DNA of 64,000 nt, taken from an uncultured delta proteobacterium. Its GTDB lineage: Bacteria > Desulfobacterota > Binatia > Binatales > Binataceae. Every line of letters starts with the position of its first letter. Position 1 is the stretch's first letter. The position numbers and the translations under genes are program-made. Shown piece after piece: positions 56,515-64,000 of the stretch. The stretch covers positions 704,001 through 768,000 of the forward strand of contig CAVRVY010000001.1 in assembly GCA_963724765.1 (NCBI GenBank). The letters run 5' to 3'. Below the pieces are notes generated by a model. The model was not told the DNA's origin, did not search any database, and was given only the letters and a program-made list of their open reading frames with translations.

Positions 56515-58944
56515 ATGGTTGTGGAACAAACAGCGCGCGGGATAAAATTGATCGGACCCACACGTATCATGGCAGTCAACCGCGATCGGCTCGCACTCAT
56601 CGAGGACATCTCCGCCATCGGCGGCGATGCCGCCAATAGCCTGCGCGAGACCTTGGACAAGACCGTCGCCGCGATCGCCGCCGGCATGGAGGTCGAGGTC
56701 TGTTCGCTCTATCTCTTCGACGCGCAGCGCGAGCGCCTGGTGCTGCGCGCCACGGTCGGGCTGGAGGAGGAATCGGTCGGCAAGGTCTCGCTGCGGGTCA
56801 ACGAGGGACTGGTCGGACTGGTGGTCGAGCACGGCCAGCCGGTAACGGTGGCCGACGCGATCAGCCATCCGCGCTACAAATATTTTCCGGAAACCGGCGA
56901 AGAGCGCTACCACGCCTTTTTGGGCGTGCCGGTGCAGGATGGGCGGCAAAAGCCGATCGGCGTGATGGTGGTGCAGACCTTTCGCAGCCGCAAATTTGGC
57001 CCGGGCGAAGTGCGCCTGCTCAAGACCGCGGCCAACCAGGTGGCGCAAATCCTCTCGCACTTCCGCCTGCGCGAGACCCTCGCGACCAAGGAAAAGGAAC
57101 GCGACGAGTACCGCCGGCGGATGATCGAAGCCAATCGCCAGCTCAAGGGCTACGAGAAAATCGGCGGTGAGACCCGCGTCGCCGCGCCGGTCAAGGTGCG
57201 CCGCCCGCGCCTGGTCGGACTGGCCGCGGCGCCTGGCTTCGGCCACGGCGTGGCGCATGTGGTCGGGACTTTTTTGAGCACCATCGACCGCAACCTGCGC
57301 GCACGCGACATCCGGGGCGAGCACAAGCGGCTGGAAGAGGCGCTGGTGCGTTCGCTCGCCGAACTCGACGCGGTCAGGCATCGGATGACGCCGCTGATGC
57401 CGGAGTCCGAGCTCAAGATTTTCGACGCCCACAAGATGATCCTACAGGACGACGAATTCGTCGGCCGCATCCGCGACATCGTCGCCACCGGCTACGCGGC
57501 CGAGAGCGCGCTGTTCCGGGTGATCGACGAGCTGAGTGCGCAACTACTCGCCGTGGCTGACGGCTACCTGCGCGAGCGCGCCACCGACTTCCGCGACGTC
57601 GGCCATCGTTTGTTGCGCCACATGCGCCAGGACGAACGGCGCAATCAGTTCACCAAGGCCACCATTCTTGTGGCCGAGGAGCTGACGCTCTCGCAACTGA
57701 CGTTGGTGTCGCACGAGAACCTGGTCGGCATCGCCCTGGAGTCGGGCGGAACGACCTCGCACGCCGCGCTGCTCGCGCGCGCCTTCGAGATTCCGACCGT
57801 GGTCGGCGTCGACCATCTGATGGAATCGGTGGCCGAGGGCGACAACCTGGTGCTCGACGGCAACTCGGGCATCGTTTATGTCAATCCCGCGCCCGAGGTC
57901 GAACGCGAATACCAGGTGCTGCACCGGCGTTACGACGCGTTTCGGCGCGACCTGATGGAGGACGGCGGCGAGCCCGCCGCCACGCGCGACGGCAACCGGG
58001 TCCATCTCCTGGCCAACATCGCGCTCTATTACGACATCCCGCTCGCGCTGAAGTACGGCGCCGAGGGCGTGGGCCTGATGCGCTCGGAGTTCTCGTTTCT
58101 GACCTACGAGGATTTCCCCGACGAGAATCAGCAGATTGCGCTGTACACGCGGATGCTCGAGGCGGTAGGCAAGCGCCCGGTGACGATTCGCACGCTCGAC
58201 ATCGGCGCCGACAAGTATCCGCCCTACATGCGGGTGCCGCGCGAGGACAATCCGTTCCTGGGCTGGCGCTCGATTCGCATCTCGCTCGAAATGCCGAGCC
58301 TGTTCAAGGTCCAGCTCCGCGCCATCCTGCGCGCCGCCGTGCGCCACGACGTAAAGATCCTGTTTCCGATGATCTCGAGCCTCGAGGAGCTGCGCCGCGC
58401 GCGCGAGCTGCTCGCCGAGTCGCAGGGCGAGCTGTTCCGCGAAGGGCTCGAGCACAATCCCGCCGTCAAGGTCGGAATCATGGTCGAGGTGCCCTCGGCG
58501 GTGTGGCTGGCGCCGCGGCTCATCCGCGAGGTCGACTTCTTCTCCATCGGCACCAATGATCTCATCCAGTACCTGCTTGCTGCCGACCGCAACAACCCGC
58601 GCGTGGCGCACCTGTATGAAGCGCTCCATCCCGCCGTGCTCTCAGCAATCGCCGAAGTCGTCAACGTGGCGCGCGCCGCGGGCAAGGAGGTCTGCATCTG
58701 CGGCGAGATGGCCTCGGACCCGCTGGCCACGCTGCTGCTGATCGGGATGGGCCTCGACCAGCTCAGCCTGAGTCCGCTGTTTATCCCGGTGATTCGCAAA
58801 ATCGTGCGCGAGACCAACTATCGCACCGCGCGGCTTATCGCGCACGACACGCTCGAGATGGCCAGCGTGCAGGAGATCAAGGGTTATCTTATCGAGCGCT
58901 ATCGCGACCTGGGGCTGATCAAGCTTGTGGAAATGTTCCGCTAG
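56515..58944 (+). CDS. ptsP: GAF-domain phosphoenolpyruvate-protein phosphotransferase (EI-Ntr)
   Basis: N-terminal GAF (CSLYL, EGLVGLV, ETGEERY); TSHAALLAR (phospho-His), RTLDIGADK, FSIGTNDL and ICGEMA. Confidence 0.94.
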   Translation: MVVEQTARGIKLIGPTRIMAVNRDRLALIEDISAIGGDAANSLRETLDKTVAAIAAGMEVEVCSLYLFDAQRERLVLRATVGLEEESVGKVSLRVNEGLVGLVVEHGQPVTVADAISHPRYKYFPETGEERYHAFLGVPVQDGRQKPIGVMVVQTFRSRKFGPGEVRLLKTAANQVAQILSHFRLRETLATKEKERDEYRRRMIEANRQLKGYEKIGGETRVAAPVKVRRPRLVGLAAAPGFGHGVAHVVGTFLSTIDRNLRARDIRGEHKRLEEALVRSLAELDAVRHRMTPLMPESELKIFDAHKMILQDDEFVGRIRDIVATGYAAESALFRVIDELSAQLLAVADGYLRERATDFRDVGHRLLRHMRQDERRNQFTKATILVAEELTLSQLTLVSHENLVGIALESGGTTSHAALLARAFEIPTVVGVDHLMESVAEGDNLVLDGNSGIVYVNPAPEVEREYQVLHRRYDAFRRDLMEDGGEPAATRDGNRVHLLANIALYYDIPLALKYGAEGVGLMRSEFSFLTYEDFPDENQQIALYTRMLEAVGKRPVTIRTLDIGADKYPPYMRVPREDNPFLGWRSIRISLEMPSLFKVQLRAILRAAVRHDVKILFPMISSLEELRRARELLAESQGELFREGLEHNPAVKVGIMVEVPSAVWLAPRLIREVDFFSIGTNDLIQYLLAADRNNPRVAHLYEALHPAVLSAIAEVVNVARAAGKEVCICGEMASDPLATLLLIGMGLDQLSLSPLFIPVIRKIVRETNYRTARLIAHDTLEMASVQEIKGYLIERYRDLGLIKLVEMFR

Positions 58945-59118
58945 ATGTGAAAATGTTCCTTAAATAACGGACCTTTTGCGTGGGGAGGGTTGTGGATGTG
59001 CGGCGGGTCTGCAATGTTGACTTTATAGGTCGGGATTAGTTTACTCTGACCGTTCGGTTAGAAAGCGTTTCGCCCAACAGTTCGGACATTACTTTGGCGT
59101 GGCGGAAAAAGGATCTGA

Positions 59119-60990
59119 ATGATGTTGCTACTGGTCTGCCTGGGATGCGTGGCGCTGATTGCCGGCATCAGCGGCTACCTGGTTATTGGACGTAACCGCT
59201 ACGGCGGCAAGCGTTCCGGACGTCCGCTGGAGCTCGGCGCCTCGCAAAGTGCACTTAGCCAGGGATCGATGCGGCCCGAGCCGTGCCGCACGATAAGGGT
59301 GTATTTCATCAAGCCGTCGCGCTATGACGAGAACGGCTACGTCCAGTTTTTCCGCTATGGCGTCCAACCAAATAACACGCTGACCGTGCTCGCGGCGCTC
59401 AACGATACCTTCAACAAACGCTATTCGGCCGAACGCAACGTCTACTTGCAGACCGTGCTGTGGGACGAGATTTGTGACGGCGCGGTCTCGCCCGAAACCA
59501 TCGTGGCAATCAAGGAAAAGGCGCGCGAGGACGGCGTCGAACTGCTCATCGGGCTCTCCGGAGTGCAGTCCAACCAGTACCCGCGCAGCCGCGACCTCGG
59601 GCTGCAGTTCATCGCGCAGGGCCTGCCCACGATGATGGGCGGCTTCCACGTCAGCGGCTATCCGGAGTCGGTCAAGTTCCTCAACGGCTGCGGCATCACC
59701 ACTATTGTGGGCGAGGCCGAGAACCTGTGGGGCGAGATTATCGAGGATTTTCTGCGCGGCGAGCTCCAGCTCAACTACTCGGTGCGCGAAGGCATCCGCG
59801 CCAAGACCGGCCAGGAAGACATTATCGTGCCGCTCATCACCGACGCGCAGTTGCCGGTGATCGACGACCGTTATCTGACGCGCTTCTTTAACGAGGCGAT
59901 GACCACGATCGACACCTCGCGCGGATGCCCCTTCACCTGCTCGTACTGCAGCGTGAAGAACGTGATGGGGCGCACGATGCGCTCGCGCGAGCCCGAGGCG
60001 GTGGTGCACTGGGTGCGCGACGCGATCCGTTTCCACGGGATCGAATCCTTATTCCTGGTTGACGACGATTTCTTCCGCAGCCCGCGATGGGAGGAAATCC
60101 TGACCGGGCTGGTCGAGGTCAAGAAGGAGTACCCGCGCCTCAGCTTCATGATGCAGGTCGACGTCGACGCTTCGTGCTATGCCGACGTCGCTCCGGGCGA
60201 GACCGAGGGCGCCAAGCATCGGCGCAGCAAACGCTTCGTCGAACTGGCGGCGCGCGCCGGATGCTACCAGGCCTTCGTCGGTATCGAGTCGCTCAATCCC
60301 GACAACCTCAACTTCGCCACCAAGTACCAGAACACCGACGACCGCCAGCATCGGATGAAGATCGAGGAGTCGCGCGCGCGCGTGCTCGAGAAGTACCGCC
60401 GCGTGGTCGACAACTGGCATCGCGCCGGTATCTCAGTGCACGCCGGATACATGCTGGGCTTTCCTTTCGACGGTCCCGACTGCGGACGGATCGCGGCCAA
60501 GACATTGCGCAAGCTCGGCTTCGACATCGTGTCGTTCTTCATCATGACACCGCTGCCCGGCACCGAAGACCAAGTCCGCTACGCCAAGGAAGGCGCGATC
60601 ATCGACTGGGACTTCAACAACCTTGATTCCCAGCACGTCACGCTCAAGCATGATCGGCTGGACACCGACTCCTGGATGCGCGCCTATCGCGAGGCTTTCA
60701 CCGGCTTTTATTCCTTCACCAGCCTGCTCAAGACCATCTTCACCGTGGCCGGCGGGCGCGGACTGGACGCCGAGGCGCGGCGCTCAACGCTGCGGCAGTT
60801 CATGTACTACTTTTTCAGCTACCGCCAAGGGCGTCATCCGATGGTCGGCGGGGTATGGCAGATTCTCCGGCGCGACGTGCGCCGCGCCGCGATAACCGAC
60901 GACGAGGCCTATCGACATTACCTGGGCGGAATGCGCTTCGACGCCATTCTGCGCGGCGACGGCGGCGGTTTCGCCGCGGCGCCGGCCTGA
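59119..60990 (+). CDS. Radical SAM protein with a B12-binding-like N-terminal domain and possible N-terminal membrane anchor
   Basis: SRGCPFTCSYC (CxxxCxxC), IKPSRYD..GY, GGFHVSG, GEAE, LVDDDF, GIES and TPLPGT. Confidence 0.88.
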   Translation: MMLLLVCLGCVALIAGISGYLVIGRNRYGGKRSGRPLELGASQSALSQGSMRPEPCRTIRVYFIKPSRYDENGYVQFFRYGVQPNNTLTVLAALNDTFNKRYSAERNVYLQTVLWDEICDGAVSPETIVAIKEKAREDGVELLIGLSGVQSNQYPRSRDLGLQFIAQGLPTMMGGFHVSGYPESVKFLNGCGITTIVGEAENLWGEIIEDFLRGELQLNYSVREGIRAKTGQEDIIVPLITDAQLPVIDDRYLTRFFNEAMTTIDTSRGCPFTCSYCSVKNVMGRTMRSREPEAVVHWVRDAIRFHGIESLFLVDDDFFRSPRWEEILTGLVEVKKEYPRLSFMMQVDVDASCYADVAPGETEGAKHRRSKRFVELAARAGCYQAFVGIESLNPDNLNFATKYQNTDDRQHRMKIEESRARVLEKYRRVVDNWHRAGISVHAGYMLGFPFDGPDCGRIAAKTLRKLGFDIVSFFIMTPLPGTEDQVRYAKEGAIIDWDFNNLDSQHVTLKHDRLDTDSWMRAYREAFTGFYSFTSLLKTIFTVAGGRGLDAEARRSTLRQFMYYFFSYRQGRHPMVGGVWQILRRDVRRAAITDDEAYRHYLGGMRFDAILRGDGGGFAAAPA

Positions 60991-61156
60991 GCATCGGATA
61001 GCTAACGCTCGTGCGCCCTCTTCGATGAGGAGCGCGCCGGTTTCGATTCCGCGCCTGCTGGCATACGCGCAACGCGTATATCGCCTGTAGGCGCTTTTGC
61101 CTCCCGGGACACCCATATAGCGGCAAGGCGATGCGCGTACTAGGATAGCAGCGCCG

Positions 61157-62032
61157 ATGGAGACCGAATTACAGGCCCAGCTCCAGAGTTTCCTGGTCCC
61201 GGGGCCTCAGCGCTTCGCCGCCGAGATCGTGCTCGGCGCGCTGGTGCTCATCGTGCTGAGCATCTACGTACGCGGTCCGATCGGGACGCTTTGCCGAATC
61301 GCGGTATTTGTCGGCGCGATGGCGATTATCATCGGGGGCTCGGCTATCCTGATGAACAACGTCTCACTGGCCGGACCGCCCAATGCAGCCGTGCGATTGC
61401 ATCGCTACCTGACCGTGAACTGGGCGGCCACCAGTGACAAGGGCGACGGTGCCGCGGCCTGCGCCGACCCGGCCGAACTCGCGGCGCGCCAGCCGGCGGG
61501 CGCCGAGCATCGCGAACGCCGTCATCTGCGGCGCACGTCCGCGGCCACGGACGCCAAGTCTGCCGCGGCGCCTGCTGCCAACCCCTCCGCCGGCGTGAGC
61601 GGCGCGGGTGACGGCGAGGCTCAGCCGGGCTTTCCCGAATTGGTGCGGAACTCGTATCCTGGAATTCCGCCCGCACGGCTGATGCAGGTCGTGGCCTCCA
61701 CCGTGAGCGGCCTTCCGGGATGGCAAATCGTGAAATCGGATCCAAAAACGCTCACGATCAATGCGGTGTATCACACCCGTCTGCTCGGCTTCACTGACGA
61801 CGTGCGGATTATCGTGACCCCGCGCAGCGAGGTCGACCTGTGCTCGCGCTCGCGCGTCGGCGAGCCTGGTTCGCAATCGCCGTTTGGCATGATGCACGGT
61901 GACTTCGGCGCCAATATCGGGCATATCAAGGAATTCTATCTCGCACTCGCGCCGGCCGCCGACGAGGCGTATCGTCAAGTGGAAATCGAGGAGACTGCCC
62001 AGCAGCACGGCGTCAAGGTGGTCAAGCCTTAG
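61157..62032 (+). CDS. DUF1499-domain membrane protein
   Basis: Two N-terminal TM helices; T.LLGFTDDV...SRSRVG...DFGAN..HI motif. Confidence 0.78.
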   Translation: METELQAQLQSFLVPGPQRFAAEIVLGALVLIVLSIYVRGPIGTLCRIAVFVGAMAIIIGGSAILMNNVSLAGPPNAAVRLHRYLTVNWAATSDKGDGAAACADPAELAARQPAGAEHRERRHLRRTSAATDAKSAAAPAANPSAGVSGAGDGEAQPGFPELVRNSYPGIPPARLMQVVASTVSGLPGWQIVKSDPKTLTINAVYHTRLLGFTDDVRIIVTPRSEVDLCSRSRVGEPGSQSPFGMMHGDFGANIGHIKEFYLALAPAADEAYRQVEIEETAQQHGVKVVKP

Positions 62033-62227
62033 CAGGATGTTGATAAACACAAAAATCGCTCCGCGCCGATCCTTCACTTCGGCACGCTGCTAAACGCTCG
62101 CTTTGAGAGCGCGGGACTTGACGCGAGACCCCGCCCGCCGGAACATCATAATTAAGAATATTCAGAAATTTTTTCGTCCAGGAATTTTCGGTACCGAACT
62201 TCATTTTCGGGAAGCGATAGAACTCAT

Positions 62228-62500
62228 ATGCTGCGCGAAGCGCAAATCGACGCACTGGCGACCCATCTTGTGAACGGGCTCGTCACGCGCGGCATCATCA
62301 AGCCGCGCGCCGACGTCAAGGATCTCGTCGCCTGCGTGGTCGAACTGATGTCGGAGAACTTCGAGACCGAAGCCCGTATCGACGACGAGGCGGACAAGAT
62401 GGCTGAGGAGCAGGCGCGGCTGGATCCCAGGCTCGACGTGACCCGGCTGCGCTCGATGATCCGCCAGCGCCTCGCACAGAAGCGGAATTTTACCCTCTAG
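62228..62500 (+). CDS. DUF507-family protein
   Basis: ML.E.QI..LA...; E..IDDEA; ..I...LA....F.L pattern. Confidence 0.7.
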   Translation: MLREAQIDALATHLVNGLVTRGIIKPRADVKDLVACVVELMSENFETEARIDDEADKMAEEQARLDPRLDVTRLRSMIRQRLAQKRNFTL

Positions 62501-62542
62501 CCGGCGAGCGGTGGCGCTGCTCGAGTCAAACCGGATGGCGAT

Positions 62543-62821
62543 GTGATGAAACTCAGCGAGGAACGAATCCTTTACCTGGCGCGCGAGTCTGTCGCGCGGC
62601 TGCGTGACGAAGGACTGGCCGAGATGCCCAACTTCGCCCTGGCGCTGCGCCAGGCCCGCGACCTCATCGCCGGATGGGAAGAGCAGGGCGATGCGGTCGA
62701 CGAGACCGTGAGGCGTAAAATCATCTCGCTCAGACGCGGCGTGGTCGAAGGCAGCAACGAGTGGAACATTCTGTTCCGCCGCTACCGCGACGAGGAATTG
62801 CGCAAGAAGGGTCCGCGCTGA
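62543..62821 (+). CDS. DUF507-family protein
   Basis: MKLSEERI..LA; VRRKI.SL.R.VVEGS.EW.ILF..Y..EEL. Confidence 0.82.
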   Translation: MMKLSEERILYLARESVARLRDEGLAEMPNFALALRQARDLIAGWEEQGDAVDETVRRKIISLRRGVVEGSNEWNILFRRYRDEELRKKGPR

Positions 62822-62849
62822 GCGCGGCTGCGCAGCATAATCGGTCCTC

Positions 62850-63176
62850 ATGGATTCCAGGGAATTTGTCGCCCGCTCGGAGACCTGCCTTTCCCGCGTG
62901 GCCAAGTGGCTCGAAGATTTCGACCCCGATGAGGTCGACTACAGCGTCGGCGACGGCGCGCTGACGATCGAATTTCCCGACGGCGGCCGCTTCGTGTTGA
63001 GCCGCCAGAGCGCGACCTCGCAGATGTGGCTGGCAGCCGGCGCCCATGGATGGCATTTCAACTATGACGCGGCCGCCGATCGCTGGATCGACGACAAGGA
63101 CGGCCACAATCTGTACGCGCGGCTCGCCGAATCGCTGTCCGAAAAGCTGGAGCGCCCGGTCGAGTTCGAAGGCTGA
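62850..63176 (+). CDS. cyaY: Iron donor protein CyaY (frataxin)
   Basis: GALTIEF......VLSRQ....QMWLAA...GWHF. Confidence 0.92.
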   Translation: MDSREFVARSETCLSRVAKWLEDFDPDEVDYSVGDGALTIEFPDGGRFVLSRQSATSQMWLAAGAHGWHFNYDAAADRWIDDKDGHNLYARLAESLSEKLERPVEFEG

Positions 63177-63320
63177 ACCGTTGCGGCCCGCGAAAGCCTA
63201 TCGAGCCGTTTAATTGATTTAATTCACTTTTAACGGTCTTACGCTTTCTAAATAACAGTCCTGCGCTTTCTAGATAAGACCTGACCGTCGAGTCACTCAA
63301 GGCTTCGACGTGCTCCGGCT

Positions 63321-63349
63321 TTGCGTTTCAGTGGCGGTAGAGCTACATT
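63321..63349 (+). promoter_or_regulatory. Sigma70-type promoter of groESL
   Basis: TTGCGT-17 nt-TACATT immediately upstream of CIRCE. Confidence 0.6.
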
Positions 63350-63355
63350 TAGCGA

Positions 63356-63382
63356 TTGGCACTCGGGCTTCGCGAGTGCCAA
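63356..63382. promoter_or_regulatory. CIRCE operator (HrcA binding site)
   Basis: TTGGCACTC-N9-GAGTGCCAA versus consensus TTAGCACTC-N9-GAGTGCTAA. Confidence 0.92.
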
Positions 63383-63477
63383 TTGACAATTGATCACCTG
63401 TGATTAATTTACTGAGCGCGGAAATTGGTTCCGCCTAAATCCACATTAACATCGAGGCAAGGAGGCTGCTGGTCCCC

Positions 63478-63765
63478 ATGAAAATCAGACCGTTGGGCGA
63501 TCGCATTCTGGTCAAGCGCATCAAGGAAGAGGAAAAAACCAAAGGCGGGATCATTATCCCGGACACCGCCAAGGAAAAACCGCAAGAGGGCAAGGTCGTT
63601 GCGGTGGGCAAAGGCAAGATGACCGAGCAAGGCAAGCTGTTGACGCCAGACGTGAAGGCCGGCGACAAGATCCTGTTCGGCAAATATTCCGGCAGCGAGG
63701 TGAAGATCGAAGGCGAGGAACACCTCATCCTGCGCGAAGATGACATCCTGGGTGTGCTCGAATAG
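63478..63765 (+). CDS. groES: Co-chaperonin GroES
   Basis: [12 protein letters not shown]...[14 protein letters not shown]. Confidence 0.98.
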   Translation: MKIRPLGDRILVKRIKEEEKTKGGIIIPDTAKEKPQEGKVVAVGKGKMTEQGKLLTPDVKAGDKILFGKYSGSEVKIEGEEHLILREDDILGVLE

Positions 63766-63815
63766 ATCTGGCGCGCCGCGCATAACGTTCGGGCACTTAA
63801 GCGAGTATCGGCTAA

Positions 63816-64000
<185 letters not shown>

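Noticed and set aside
59119-62032. RiPP cluster around the radical SAM gene
   Set aside because: No precursor peptide, SPASM domain, RRE, protease or transporter seen.

Overview
GC-rich bacterial chromosomal window. The housekeeping backbone comprises efp, rplU-rpmA-[LLM]-obgE-proB-proA-nadD-rsfS, sufT, aqpZ, tatBC, a cyclophilin, ptsP, a DUF507 pair, cyaY and groES-groEL with a CIRCE operator. It is interleaved with many catabolic enzymes: an acyl-CoA synthetase, a crotonase, amidohydrolases, three luciferase-like monooxygenases (LLM), three alpha/beta hydrolases, an SDR, a QOR, a ThDP enzyme and a GH15. The gene mix resembles Ca. Binatota/deltaproteobacteria-like soil bacteria (inference only). 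Visibly lower-GC accessory segments carry (i) a very Cys-rich thaumatin/PR-5-like lipoprotein, (ii) an NHL-repeat secreted protein, (iii) a hicB-hicA module and (iv) a fragmented NACHT/STAND NTPase with a C-terminal PD-(D/E)XK-like nuclease, split by an IS5-family element. The best candidate for an undescribed system is a 47-aa CxxC...CC zinc/iron-ribbon microprotein that ends in Asp and is missing from the ORF track. It sits at the head of a co-oriented amidohydrolase-crotonase-adenylating enzyme cluster, an arrangement reminiscent of LysW-type carrier systems (hypothesis). Other notable items are a phasin-like gene facing a Get3/ArsA ATPase pair and an FHA-TM-CAP fusion. I recognised no rRNA, tRNA or CRISPR array. 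All assignments come from motif recognition by eye; no database searches were run.
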